The position numbers and the translations under genes are program-made. From the sequence record OZ035812.1: a DNA stretch of 42,973 bases; one strand, written 5' to 3'. Within the stretch, counting starts at the first letter, position 1. Each line of letters begins with the position of its first letter. This DNA is from Kagunavirus LM08P1. The notes under the pieces were generated by a model that saw only the letters and a program-made list of their open reading frames with translations, made no database searches and was not told the DNA's origin. This document shows, piece after piece, positions 33,143-41,461 of this stretch.

Positions 33143-35410
33143 CTATTCCAAATCCTCCGCTGTCACCACCAGCATTTCATTCGGTTCGTATATTGTCTTC
33201 GGAATCTTGTTATCCGTTATCCTGGTGTTAAGCCGGTAGCGGCCAGGTATTATCTGATTGTTTTCGTCAGTCCCCGGAACAAGATACCCGGCCTCAACCA
33301 TTTTCTTAATCTTCCCGCGTTCTATGGCTTCTTTGGAGTTAAACGCCTTTGCGTTGGGGTCTGACTGAGCGAGCTTATTCGCTGCGGCCACCGTGATACC
33401 TTCATTGCCGTTGTAGGTTCCTTCTGCCAGTTCAAACGCTGCCAGTATCGTGGCTTCCGAACTGTTGACGGCGTTCTCTACGGTTTTACGTACGTTTTCT
33501 TTACCTTCCTTTGTCAGCCCTTCTTCCCGCTCTTTCTCCTCGTCAGTTTTGAACGGCTCGAAGCCCCACGGCATCAGTACAAGCGCCTTGTGCGGTTCAG
33601 GCAGGTCGAGGTTTACGATTGTGCCGTATTCCTCTGTGCTACCCAGGAACTCAACCGCGCGATACTCTTTCGGCGGCGGGGCTTCACGGAACTGTACTGA
33701 CTCCAACACCATACCAACCGTCTTCTGTTGAGGCCCGTGCTTAAATTTAGAGTGGTATACGTTTATCTGGCGGTCGGTAGCGCGTTCGATTGTCAGCTCC
33801 ACGTCGACGCCCGCATACAGCGCCCCACTGCCACGGGCCTTCTTTCCACCCTTCGGCGTATGGTGGACAACGCCTACCGCAGCTTTAGTCGCATCACGTA
33901 CTTCTTTCAGGATGGCAATGACTTTACCCATGCCGATTGCCGTCGATGAACTGTTCTCGTCGAACTTATCAATCGTCAGGGCCAGCGTCTGGTTAAGGGT
34001 GTCGAATGCGACCATGCCAATTGGCTCGTCACCCGCAGTTTCACGCATTAACTTAATCAGGTTTTTCAGTTTTCCGACTTCGCCCATGTCGATAACATGT
34101 ACATAATCTTTACCTTCCTCGCCATATTTAGCCGCGAGTGCATCTATACGTGTGCGTGTAGCTGCGCCTCCCTCACCGTCGATATAGAAATGGTGGCAAC
34201 GCTGGGTATCCGCCCCGGCAAACCGGTATCCGGCGGCGCTCAGGTACATCATCCCCAGCGTATAGAACGATTTGTACGTGCCGGATTCCCCAACAATATC
34301 CCAGATACAATCTGACGGCATGTACCCCTCAACGACGAAATCAGCCTTTACCGGTTCCAGTAACTCGTCCTCCTCTGAGCCATCATCGTCTTCCAGGTCG
34401 TCGAGGCTGCATGAGACAGATTCACGCGCGCCCCAGCCGATAGCCTCGGCCACTTCACTGAACGGCAACCCGGTCGCATCACACGCGTATTTCCACACCT
34501 CTTTCGGTGACATGCCTTCGGTTGCCGTAATGTCGGTGTCGTGAATCATGGTTACGTTCGGCGCTTCGTAGCCCTCGCGCGGGAAGCACAGCAGGAAGTC
34601 ATCCGGGCGCGGCGTCGGGTCACTGTAGTTCTCCGCGTGTTCTGGTGTGGCGGGCATCTTAAGGCCGCGCGGCGTCATGATGCCACCGTACTCAAACGCC
34701 AGTGCTTCAAACGCATCCGTAAACGCGGTGCGTAGTTCTTCCGGTATCTGGTAACCCGATGCACTGCTAACGTCAACGGCTGGTACACCTTCCAGTAACT
34801 CTTCCGGGTCAATCAGGTCGTTACGGCGCGACCAGATAACGGTGGAGCCAACCGGCGGCAGGTACATCGGTTGCGACAGAGTGAACCCGCTGCGGTCAGC
34901 GCCCATACCTTTGAAGAAGTGCTCCAGCAATCCGTGACGAACGCGGATGATGTCACCACCTTCAACCGGACGCCCCAGCGGCATGACGACGCGAAAGCGC
35001 GGGGACTCATCGGCATGTGATGCTGTGGTGTAGAGGCACATCGCCTGGCGGCTGCGTTTAACCAGTTGCACCGCTTCCTGATACTCTTCCGTCGTTGCGC
35101 TGTCGAAGTCCAGATACGCCAGTGACGATTTGCTTACAGACGCGTCACAGCGATAGAAGAAGCCTTTACGCGCTTGCTTAAAGTCACCGGTTTCCGGGTC
35201 TTTTACGGTGCTGTGCGTCGAGTCGCACGCGGCAGTGATATAGCCCGGTGCGGTCTTCGGATTAATTCCGTCTCGAACGGCATCGAGCGGCTGGAGTAGC
35301 TCTTTCAGGTCGCCCAGTGTCGCCGTGTGTGTTGTTCTGACGTTTATATCCTTTTTCTCCGCCCGCGCGTTGCGACGTGACCACGAGTAGGATAAAATTA
35401 CATCGGACAT
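33143..35410 (-). CDS. primase / replicative helicase-type protein (N-terminal primase-like region plus RecA-like ATPase domain)
   Basis: 755 aa; Walker A-like GESGTYKS within RecA/DnaB-like region; large N-terminal domain of primase-polymerase size; RBS AAGGAAA. Domain identities from memory. Confidence 0.6.
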   Translation of the reverse strand: MSDVILSYSWSRRNARAEKKDINVRTTHTATLGDLKELLQPLDAVRDGINPKTAPGYITAACDSTHSTVKDPETGDFKQARKGFFYRCDASVSKSSLAYLDFDSATTEEYQEAVQLVKRSRQAMCLYTTASHADESPRFRVVMPLGRPVEGGDIIRVRHGLLEHFFKGMGADRSGFTLSQPMYLPPVGSTVIWSRRNDLIDPEELLEGVPAVDVSSASGYQIPEELRTAFTDAFEALAFEYGGIMTPRGLKMPATPEHAENYSDPTPRPDDFLLCFPREGYEAPNVTMIHDTDITATEGMSPKEVWKYACDATGLPFSEVAEAIGWGARESVSCSLDDLEDDDGSEEDELLEPVKADFVVEGYMPSDCIWDIVGESGTYKSFYTLGMMYLSAAGYRFAGADTQRCHHFYIDGEGGAATRTRIDALAAKYGEEGKDYVHVIDMGEVGKLKNLIKLMRETAGDEPIGMVAFDTLNQTLALTIDKFDENSSSTAIGMGKVIAILKEVRDATKAAVGVVHHTPKGGKKARGSGALYAGVDVELTIERATDRQINVYHSKFKHGPQQKTVGMVLESVQFREAPPPKEYRAVEFLGSTEEYGTIVNLDLPEPHKALVLMPWGFEPFKTDEEKEREEGLTKEGKENVRKTVENAVNSSEATILAAFELAEGTYNGNEGITVAAANKLAQSDPNAKAFNSKEAIERGKIKKMVEAGYLVPGTDENNQIIPGRYRLNTRITDNKIPKTIYEPNEMLVVTAEDLE

Positions 35411-35468
35411 GTTGTATTTCCTTCAGCAAGTAATTTGGCCTCGGCGTTCACCGCGTCGGGGCTTTCTT

Positions 35469-35759
35469 TTATCTATTAGCCAGACATTCCATCAAATGCG
35501 CGTACTTACGATAATAATCTACGACAATCTCATCACCGAAATACTGATAAACGTACGCTAAGTGGTCAGAGACATCGATGGAAGCCGACATTGTGCTGAG
35601 TCTTCGGAGACTAATCAACTGTAATTCTTCTGTAACGCAAAACGGTGAATAAGAGTCCAGCTTACAAGAAACGTTAAAGCACAACGCATATTCGCCTTGC
35701 ACTAAATAAACCATATAAGCACTGTCATTTTCTTTATCGTGGAAAATTACACCTTTCAT
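35469..35759 (-). CDS. hypothetical protein
   Basis: 96 aa; ATGA overlap with upstream HTH gene. Confidence 0.45.
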   Translation of the reverse strand: MKGVIFHDKENDSAYMVYLVQGEYALCFNVSCKLDSYSPFCVTEELQLISLRRLSTMSASIDVSDHLAYVYQYFGDEIVVDYYRKYAHLMECLANR

Positions 35760-35926
35760 TTCACGTTCTCCTTAATCCACGCCTCAACTTTATTACGGTC
35801 AAATGTACCAGGTAAACGGCGACCCATTACTTTAACGCTGCAATCAGGAAACTTTCCACTCTTAATCCAGTTATTGATTGTCTGGCGGGTGACTCCGATT
35901 AATTCTGCAACTTCATTGATAGTCAT
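35756..35926 (-). CDS. small HTH DNA-binding protein (AlpA/excisionase-like fold, putative transcription regulator)
   Basis: ORF frame to 36016; ATG 35926 with RBS AGGAGA; HTH segment INEVAELIGVTRQTINNWIKSG. Confidence 0.6.
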   Translation of the reverse strand: MTINEVAELIGVTRQTINNWIKSGKFPDCSVKVMGRRLPGTFDRNKVEAWIKENVK

Positions 35927-35955
35927 TTCGCGCTCTCCTGTGTAAGATGTATCGA

Positions 35956-35984
35956 AGTATAAGGCGGTAACTTTGTAAAAGCAA
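35956..35984 (-). promoter_or_regulatory. candidate sigma70 promoter (TTGCTT-N17-TATACT), minus-directed
   Basis: Read on minus strand upstream of HTH gene start 35926. Confidence 0.4.
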
Positions 35985-36031
35985 CCAAAACTGAACACAA
36001 AGTTACTAAGATACAAAAGATGCTACTGGTA

Positions 36032-36060
36032 TTGACTTTTACTTAAAAATATGCTAAGCT
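36032..36060 (+). promoter_or_regulatory. sigma70-like promoter (TTGACT-N17-TAAGCT, extended -10 TG) driving structured RNA element B
   Basis: Hexamers identical to 5163..5191 with same spacing but diverged spacer. Confidence 0.55.
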
Positions 36061-36066
36061 TCACTG

Positions 36067-36300
36067 AGCTTGTGAGATATCGCAAGCGACCGCGGAGCGG
36101 CAGGGAACGCAACGCGTGCCATTAGGCACTTGAGTGTAGTTCCGCTGGCGCTTTCGGAAGGGCCAAAGTCTATTGTTAATCCCGCCTAAATACCCAAGTC
36201 ACTGATAATTAAAAGTTTCTATAGTTGCCGTAAGCAAGGTGGAGAGTACTTCACTCCGCTGGGGTGGGCTAACGCCCACCCACTGCGTTGCGTACTCTTT
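36067..36300 (+). ncRNA. candidate structured noncoding RNA / leader element, copy B (unidentified family)
   Basis: Shares conserved sequence blocks with copy A; compensatory hairpin differences; ends in long hairpin (36242..36296) followed by CTTTT; no conserved ORF. Confidence 0.5.
36242..36300 (+). terminator. terminator-like long hairpin closing RNA element B
   Basis: GAGAGTAC...GTGGGC-TAAC-GCCCAC...GTACTCT followed by TTTTAAG. Confidence 0.45.
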
Positions 36301-36340
36301 TAAGAAACGAAAGAATCACAACGGCAACGTAACTTTTCTC

Positions 36341-36373
36341 TTGCACACCCCAACATAATAGGATACTATTCAC
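36341..36373 (+). promoter_or_regulatory. sigma70-like promoter with palindromic operator-like core (family 1), plus-directed
   Basis: TTGCAC-N17-TACTAT with CATAATAGG in spacer; 22 nt upstream of RBS GAGGAGTGAGGG of 36395. Confidence 0.55.
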
Positions 36374-36394
36374 TTATAGAAACGAGACAGAGGA

Positions 36395-36592
36395 GTGAGG
36401 GTTATGTTTAAACGTGGTCAGTTGGTTAAAGCTGTAAATAGCAATTATTTCATTGTTGAAAGCGAGTCTGCAGTTTTTCCGGGGGCTTATAGGGTAAGTT
36501 TTCTCGGGGAAAGATTAGGAGCAATAACCTGGTTCCGTGGAGATGAGCTAACACTCATCGGCAACAATTTTAAATTCAAAGGGGCGAAGTGA
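36395..36592 (+). CDS. hypothetical early protein
   Basis: 65 aa; strong RBS; first gene after promoter. Confidence 0.5.
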   Translation: MRVMFKRGQLVKAVNSNYFIVESESAVFPGAYRVSFLGERLGAITWFRGDELTLIGNNFKFKGAK

Positions 36593-36846
36593 TGGAAGAA
36601 TTAATTTGTATTGAATCCAGCCAGGATGTGCAGGATTGGTTTGTTAAAGGTAACAGATATTCGTCCGGAGTATATTCCGACGGCCGTCGATATGTTTTAG
36701 ATGAAGACGGTGATGAATGGGATTTAAATGACGATGTAAGAGAAACTTTAACCGTTAGCAGGGTCAATGCTGTTTCTGCCTCATTCACAACGGCATCGAA
36801 TCATGATGCTCGTGCCGACGACTCTGAGGGAGGTTGCCGTGAATAA
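36589..36846 (+). CDS. hypothetical early protein (acidic)
   Basis: 85 aa; start overlaps previous stop. Confidence 0.5.
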   Translation: MMEELICIESSQDVQDWFVKGNRYSSGVYSDGRRYVLDEDGDEWDLNDDVRETLTVSRVNAVSASFTTASNHDARADDSEGGCRE

Positions 36847-36894
36847 TTACCCGTTTATTTTAATAGTCAGCGCCGTTTATGTGGTGCATGCGTT

Positions 36895-37128
36895 ATGGGG
36901 GCTGGTATGAGAAAACACATAATAAAGGTAGACCATCTGGACGGAGTTAAATTGCCGACGAATAAAGTAGAAACGTGGTGTGGGGCCACCCCATCGTACG
37001 GTGAATGGTTGTTCCAGGATGCTCAACACGCCTTAATTGCTGTAGAAAACGGATTCAGGCAAGAGCCTTGCGCACAGTGTTTATCCGCTATCGCCCAGAT
37101 CGCAACTCAGGCGTTAAGTGAGGACTAA
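36895..37128 (+). CDS. hypothetical early protein
   Basis: 77 aa; alternative ATG at 36907 after GGGGG. Confidence 0.45.
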   Translation: MGAGMRKHIIKVDHLDGVKLPTNKVETWCGATPSYGEWLFQDAQHALIAVENGFRQEPCAQCLSAIAQIATQALSED

Positions 37129-37131
37129 GTT

Positions 37132-37275
37132 ATGAGAGAAGCATTCGAACGGTGGGCCGTCGTCGAGGGTCTGCCGGTTAACAAGGGTTCGAAGAAAGAG
37201 TACCTGAACGTTAAGACGCGTCTCGCGTGGCGGGCGTGGAAAGCTGGTGTGTTGTTTATCGCGAATCGGAGGTGA
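37132..37275 (+). CDS. small hypothetical protein (47 aa)
   Basis: Manual ORF; RBS GAGGA; stop overlaps RBS/start of next gene. Confidence 0.4.
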   Translation: MREAFERWAVVEGLPVNKGSKKEYLNVKTRLAWRAWKAGVLFIANRR

Positions 37276-37278
37276 TTT

Positions 37279-37464
37279 ATGGGTGAGTGGATTAAGTGTA
37301 GTGAGCGGATGCCTGAGCCTTATGAATACGTTCTTGTAACTGATTGTTTTGTTGGCTGTGAGGTTATGCGTGTTAATTCAGATGGCTACTGGGGGCCTGC
37401 AAAGAGTTTATATCACGGTGATATAACGCACTGGATGCCGTTACCTGAGCCGCCGGAGGTGTGA
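37279..37464 (+). CDS. DUF551-like protein
   Basis: 61 aa ending ...HWMPLPEPPEV, a motif recalled as characteristic of DUF551 phage proteins; RBS GGAGGTGA. Confidence 0.55.
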   Translation: MGEWIKCSERMPEPYEYVLVTDCFVGCEVMRVNSDGYWGPAKSLYHGDITHWMPLPEPPEV

Positions 37465-37598
37465 TGTTCAATAGTTTGGTATTTTACTGAGTGACTTACG
37501 CTGCTACACAGCAGCGTACAACTTTAGATTAGTGTCGTCAAAAAGCGACACTTCCACCAAACGAAACAATAGGAGCGACTATTGCAGGAGACGCAACA

Positions 37599-37769
37599 AT
37601 GAAACTGAATGACATCGTAACCTGGACTGGTAGAAACGGAGAAAAGCGATTCGGGCTTATTGTTGCGTCAGACGGCAACAAGTACCGTGTTATGCGATGG
37701 CGTCAGTGGGCACGACGCCCGAGGTACTACTGGATTCGTGGCGAACGATTATCTTTAAAACACCAATAA
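37599..37769 (+). CDS. small hypothetical protein (56 aa, basic)
   Basis: Manual ORF; RBS CAGGAG 9 nt upstream of ATG 37599. Confidence 0.4.
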   Translation: MKLNDIVTWTGRNGEKRFGLIVASDGNKYRVMRWRQWARRPRYYWIRGERLSLKHQ

Positions 37770-37775
37770 AATTTA

Positions 37776-37808
37776 CTTGCACACACAGATATAATAGACT
37801 ACTATTCA
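37776..37808 (+). promoter_or_regulatory. sigma70-like promoter with palindromic operator-like core (family 1), plus-directed
   Basis: TTGCAC 37777..37782, 17-nt spacer containing TATAATAG, -10 TACTAT 37800..37805; upstream of ATG 37835. Confidence 0.55.
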
Positions 37809-37834
37809 GTTATCGAAACGAGAGGAGAGAGAAG

Positions 37835-37972
37835 ATGGGCTGGTACGGTAGCTGGGCATTAGGTGAACTGGTAGACGCTTACGAAATAATGGGTAGCACT
37901 TCGGTATGCGACGGTGACACTAAATCGCTGCTAGTCGGGGTCGATGAGAAAAGGGGTGAAGACGATGAATAA
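37835..37972 (+). CDS. small hypothetical protein (45 aa)
   Basis: ATG 37835 with RBS GAGAGGAGAGAGAAG; the longer track ORF 37697..37972 would start upstream of its own promoter. Confidence 0.4.
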   Translation: MGWYGSWALGELVDAYEIMGSTSVCDGDTKSLLVGVDEKRGEDDE

Positions 37973-38120
37973 TTTCGTGGTGCAAGCAATGTACGCTGAG
38001 GAAATGGCAAAAAGTATGTTAGAGCAAACATTACATTTCGCTAAGCTGCAAGGGTTCGACGTACAGACAGTAGGCGACGAAATAGTATTGACCGAGAAGT
38101 CGGAGAACGGCGATGAGTAA
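37965..38120 (+). CDS. small hypothetical protein (51 aa)
   Basis: Manual ORF; RBS AGGGGTGA; stop overlaps next start. Confidence 0.4.
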   Translation: MNNFVVQAMYAEEMAKSMLEQTLHFAKLQGFDVQTVGDEIVLTEKSENGDE

Positions 38121-38571
38121 CAATGACGAAGTATTCGAGTACCTGATTGACCAACTACGGCAGCAGGTAAACAACAAGTGCGAAGACCTGGCGCATGAGG
38201 TGCAGTCACTTAAGAATCAGTTACGTGATATGTCGGAGCTGGTGGACGAGCTACTCGGGACAATAACGCTAATGAACGGGGATGTAGAGGCGTACAAAGT
38301 TCTACGCAAAGGTGGGTACGTTAATGGGGGTCAGCGATACGTAGTAGGAGAACACGGACCTGAGCAATCTGGTTGCCGTAAGGAAGACGTTCAGGAATGC
38401 GTGCACGAGTGGGCGCTTGATGAAAAAGGTGACTACTTCGTTTGCACTAAATGCGGTAAGCAAGAGGCGGAATTGAACGATTGCCAACACACTAATACCG
38501 TTGGTTTGCGTAAGGGTTTTGCGCCGGGGTTTACTATAAAGTGCCTGGATTGCGGGGCTAAACTGAGATGA
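38113..38571 (+). CDS. hypothetical protein with Cys-rich (zinc-ribbon-like) C-terminal half
   Basis: 152 aa; paired CxxC-like motifs (CTKCGK ... CLDCGAK). Confidence 0.5.
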   Translation: MSNNDEVFEYLIDQLRQQVNNKCEDLAHEVQSLKNQLRDMSELVDELLGTITLMNGDVEAYKVLRKGGYVNGGQRYVVGEHGPEQSGCRKEDVQECVHEWALDEKGDYFVCTKCGKQEAELNDCQHTNTVGLRKGFAPGFTIKCLDCGAKLR

Positions 38572-38771
38572 CCAGCATCCTCTTTATCTGGGTATTGTCC
38601 GCAGGCCAGATGCACCTGGCGGCCTCAGAAACGTTTTACTCGATGGAGGCGTGCCAGTCAGCGGCACGCGCCGCAGAGAACGCGCACTTCCTGTTTCAGG
38701 GCGACAAGCCAAACGATTCGGAGGTACGTGCTATCTGCTCACCTAAGCGACTTGGTAAACAGGAGAAATAA
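38568..38771 (+). CDS. small secreted/membrane-anchored hypothetical protein
   Basis: 67 aa with N-terminal hydrophobic segment ILFIWVLSAGQMHLAA. Confidence 0.45.
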   Translation: MTSILFIWVLSAGQMHLAASETFYSMEACQSAARAAENAHFLFQGDKPNDSEVRAICSPKRLGKQEK

Positions 38772-39052
38772 TGTCTCTGGCAACTGACATCCTGAAACGA
38801 AGCGGCCTTGCGCCGCTGTCGCCTAAAGTTAAGACGCGAGCGCGTAACGCAACTTACAATGAACTGGCAGAACGGCGTAAAGCTGTCCGCGCCTGTGGAT
38901 TCCAGAACGGGAAGGCCGTGAATCTCGGTGAGTTTAAAACACAGGAACGCGCAGCTATCGCTAATCGGCTATTTAATTACTGGAAATCGCTAGGGTACGA
39001 TGATATTCCGACGAAACCGCAGAGACGGCAATACATCTGGAGACACAAATAA
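38771..39052 (+). CDS. hypothetical protein
   Basis: 93 aa, basic. Confidence 0.45.
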   Translation: MSLATDILKRSGLAPLSPKVKTRARNATYNELAERRKAVRACGFQNGKAVNLGEFKTQERAAIANRLFNYWKSLGYDDIPTKPQRRQYIWRHK

Positions 39053-39127
39053 ACCGTTATTAGGATAATTCCTACCCGTGGTATCCTCCAGTTACTGCAT
39101 ACTTAATACGCACCTGGAGGATTCATC

Positions 39128-39436
39128 TTGGATAAATTTACTGAAACAGTGACGGGCTGGCTTCTCGCTGCCGCACTCGCCGGAGGGGTCATCGGACTAC
39201 GACAACATAAGTCCGTTATTTCTGGCCCTATCGACGGCTTCTGCTTCATCGCTACTGGTTTCGCCTGCGCCGTATTTGGCGCCCCTCTTGCAGCTCAATG
39301 GTTCGGTATCACGGGCGACCGTGAAATCGCTGGCCTGGGCTTTATCATCGCTATTCTCTGGATGCCTATTTATTCCCGTCTCTCCGGTATTGTTGCCGGA
39401 GAATACATCTCACGTCGAGGAGGCCCGGATGAATGA
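39128..39436 (+). CDS. putative holin (multi-TM small membrane protein)
   Basis: 102 aa starting at TTG with GGAGG upstream; three hydrophobic segments; immediately upstream of endolysin. Confidence 0.45.
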   Translation: MDKFTETVTGWLLAAALAGGVIGLRQHKSVISGPIDGFCFIATGFACAVFGAPLAAQWFGITGDREIAGLGFIIAILWMPIYSRLSGIVAGEYISRRGGPDE

Positions 39437-39701
39437 GTTATTCTGGTTCGCCGTAATGTTGGCGATGGGCGCTTCGTCCCTGTTCAACGTGTATAATGAA
39501 TGTGTTGACGACGGGCTATTCGGTCGGGTGCTCTATATCCTGACTGCTATCGTCTGCGCCGCCGGATGTATCCACCTGTTACAGGGCAGCATGTCACCTA
39601 CGCTGCCAGAAACCTTAATCACATTAGTTGCGCTGCGCCAGATTCGTCAGGCGTGGCTGTCATACGGAGGACATAAGCGTGTCTCGAAATATTTCAGATA
39701 A
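39429..39701 (+). CDS. second small membrane protein of lysis cassette (holin/antiholin-like)
   Basis: ATG 39429 after GGAGG; 90 aa with two hydrophobic segments; overlaps endolysin start. Confidence 0.4.
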   Translation: MNELFWFAVMLAMGASSLFNVYNECVDDGLFGRVLYILTAIVCAAGCIHLLQGSMSPTLPETLITLVALRQIRQAWLSYGGHKRVSKYFR

Positions 39702-40164
39702 TGGATTGCATTTTACCGCTGCGTTTGAGGGATTCCGTGGAACCGCGTATCGTGCTACACCAAACGAGAAGTACTTAACCATAGGCTACGGGCACTACGG
39801 GCCAGACGTGACCCCCGGTAAAACCATCACCCCGGGCCAAGGCCTCCTGTTACTGAATCGCGATATGGCTAAAGCCGTAGCTGCGGTTGATGCAGCAGCA
39901 CGCCATTCATTGACACAGGCACAGTTCGATGCAGTGTGCGACCTGGTGTATAACGCTGGTGCTGGTGCCATTGCGGCTACTACAGGCACGGGTAAGGCCC
40001 TGCGTTCCGGTGATATTTCGACGCTGCGGGCTAAGCTGACGCTGTTCATCAACCAGAACGGCAAACCGTTACTCGGCCTGCGTCGCCGTACCGCAGGCCG
40101 CCTGGCGCTGTTCGATGGTAAGCCGTGGCAAGAGGCTGAGGCTATCGGGAGGGCTGTTAAATGA
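39679..40164 (+). CDS. endolysin (lysozyme-like muramidase, GH24-type)
   Basis: ORF frame 39628..40164; proposed GTG start 39679 with GGAGG upstream; motif FEGFRGTAYRATPNEKYLTIGYGHYG consistent with phage lysozyme catalytic region (from memory). Confidence 0.75.
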   Translation: MSRNISDNGLHFTAAFEGFRGTAYRATPNEKYLTIGYGHYGPDVTPGKTITPGQGLLLLNRDMAKAVAAVDAAARHSLTQAQFDAVCDLVYNAGAGAIAATTGTGKALRSGDISTLRAKLTLFINQNGKPLLGLRRRTAGRLALFDGKPWQEAEAIGRAVK

Positions 40165-40294
40165 TGGACGAATATGAAGGCGTTTAGTAAACTTATCCCT
40201 ACGCTGTTTGTGCTTGCATACTAAGCCCCGGTAAACCCGAAGCAGCAGCCCAAGCGGTGGAGACTGCGTAGGGTTCAGGGGCTTATGACCGAAA

Positions 40295-40322
40295 CCCGGA
40301 CCGCGAATCCGGGTTTTATTTT
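40295..40322 (+). terminator. intrinsic terminator
   Basis: CCCGGA-CCGCGAA-TCCGGG hairpin followed by TTTTATTTT. Confidence 0.65.
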
Positions 40323-40327
40323 ACCAA

Positions 40328-40356
40328 TTGACACCTAAGACTAATCCGACGATACT
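40328..40356 (+). promoter_or_regulatory. candidate sigma70 promoter (TTGACA-N17-GATACT)
   Basis: Perfect -35 and plausible -10, located between two terminators. Confidence 0.45.
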
Positions 40357-40362
40357 TAAATC

Positions 40363-40428
40363 ACCTCCTGTTCCATCCCTCTGCTCTCCAGTTTTATCCC
40401 GGCCCTGACCCAGCCGGGATTTTTTTTA
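40363..40428 (+). ncRNA. candidate short RNA (about 65 nt) with pyrimidine-rich CCUCC segment
   Basis: Bounded by promoter 40328..40356 and terminator hairpin CCCGGC...GCCGGG plus T8 (40398..40428); no ORF. Confidence 0.35.
40398..40428 (+). terminator. intrinsic terminator
   Basis: CCCGGC-CCTGACCCA-GCCGGG hairpin followed by ATTTTTTTT. Confidence 0.65.
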
Positions 40429-40449
40429 TCTGTTTTCCACAATGACTAG

Positions 40450-40478
40450 TTGACTATTACCATCGACCCTATTATATT
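40450..40478 (+). promoter_or_regulatory. candidate sigma70 promoter (TTGACT-N17-TATATT) containing CCCTATTATAT core
   Basis: Upstream of gene starting 40512; shares CCCTATTATATT with family-1 elements. Confidence 0.45.
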
Positions 40479-40511
40479 TACTCCATCGACAACGAGAACG
40501 GAGTATAGAAG

Positions 40512-40661
40512 ATGAAAATCACAGATATCGAAGCATTCAAAGACGCACAACTGATGGCACGTATCGCCGTTAGTAACCTTAGTAGCAGTATCCCCGCTGA
40601 CGCGTTCTGGTTCGCAGCGATGCAGACCCTGAAAGCAGCTTATGCAGGAGAGAAGAAATGA
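40512..40661 (+). CDS. small hypothetical protein (49 aa)
   Basis: Manual ORF; RBS ACGGAG; stop overlaps next ATG (ATGA). Confidence 0.4.
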   Translation: MKITDIEAFKDAQLMARIAVSNLSSSIPADAFWFAAMQTLKAAYAGEKK

Positions 40662-40816
40662 GCGAACAAGGTCAGGTAAGCCAACCGTTACGAGTAGGCC
40701 GTAAAGTCAGTCACACCCCGTTCCCTACACGCGAGGAACTGATGAAACGTAACAGTTTCCCTGGGCCGGACAAGAACAAGTATCTCAATCGCATGTGGGG
40801 AGAGCGTAAAGAATGA
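40658..40816 (+). CDS. small hypothetical protein (52 aa)
   Basis: Manual ORF translationally coupled to neighbours. Confidence 0.4.
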   Translation: MSEQGQVSQPLRVGRKVSHTPFPTREELMKRNSFPGPDKNKYLNRMWGERKE

Positions 40817-41049
40817 CTGACCGTGAATACGAAAAGATAATGGTAGAGGCCGTCAACGGCGGCGTAGACATCGGTCATGTGATGCGCGTCCTGAATACTA
40901 AAATCGCTGTAGCCGAGCAAATGGTAGAGTCGCTTTACGAGACACGACGTGAACTGATTAACCGCTTCAACCTGAACAAACCTGCTCCTACTAACGACGA
41001 TTTTGATGGCGATTACAGAAATGGTGATTTTTATGAGGGAGCAGAATAA
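40813..41049 (+). CDS. hypothetical protein
   Basis: 78 aa ORF from track; coupled to neighbours. Confidence 0.45.
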   Translation: MTDREYEKIMVEAVNGGVDIGHVMRVLNTKIAVAEQMVESLYETRRELINRFNLNKPAPTNDDFDGDYRNGDFYEGAE

Positions 41050-41288
41050 TGCCTAAAATCACAATCGCATCGCTGGAGCGCCGTATTCTGGTGCTTGAGT
41101 CAGAGAAACAGACGTTAGGAGGGCAATTGTCGATTAACGGTGAATTTCAACTGGAGGCGTTTAAGATGTTGCTTGATAAGTTGAAAGCGGACGAAAAGCC
41201 TTGCGAGCACGATTACTACCTACATGTGGTTGGTGGATTACATCGGGCCACGTGCATCAAATGCGGTAAAGCGTATGGAGTCGCCTAA
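41049..41288 (+). CDS. hypothetical protein with C-terminal Cys/His cluster
   Basis: 79 aa; CEHDYYLH...CIKCGK pattern. Confidence 0.45.
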   Translation: MPKITIASLERRILVLESEKQTLGGQLSINGEFQLEAFKMLLDKLKADEKPCEHDYYLHVVGGLHRATCIKCGKAYGVA

Positions 41289-41457
41289 GCCGGTAGTTAT
41301 TGAGGGCGTCCTGTGGAAACCTTACTCGGTTAACCACATCGACGCCGACGGGAAGAAGTTCAGCTTCTACATTTTTGCAATTAGCCGTGAGCACGCAGCT
41401 TGTGTGGTAGATGATATACGAGAAACGGCGTGGCTTGGCGATGAGATAGTGGGGTGA
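41275..41457 (+). CDS. hypothetical protein
   Basis: ORF frame 41224..41457; first ATG at 41275 overlapping previous gene end. Confidence 0.4.
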   Translation: MESPKPVVIEGVLWKPYSVNHIDADGKKFSFYIFAISREHAACVVDDIRETAWLGDEIVG

Positions 41458-41461
41458 GAGT

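Noticed and set aside
39276-39428. N-terminal part of track ORF 39276..39701 overlapping the holin gene
   Set aside because: That start is internal to the holin ORF in another frame with no RBS; the in-frame ATG at 39429 preceded by GGAGG is the plausible start.
40222-40322. Possible tRNA or structured RNA in the GC-rich stretch after the endolysin gene
   Set aside because: AAGCCCC...GGGGCTT pairing exists, but no cloverleaf, no T-loop GTTCRANYC motif and the span is too short for a tRNA; more likely just 3' UTR plus terminator.
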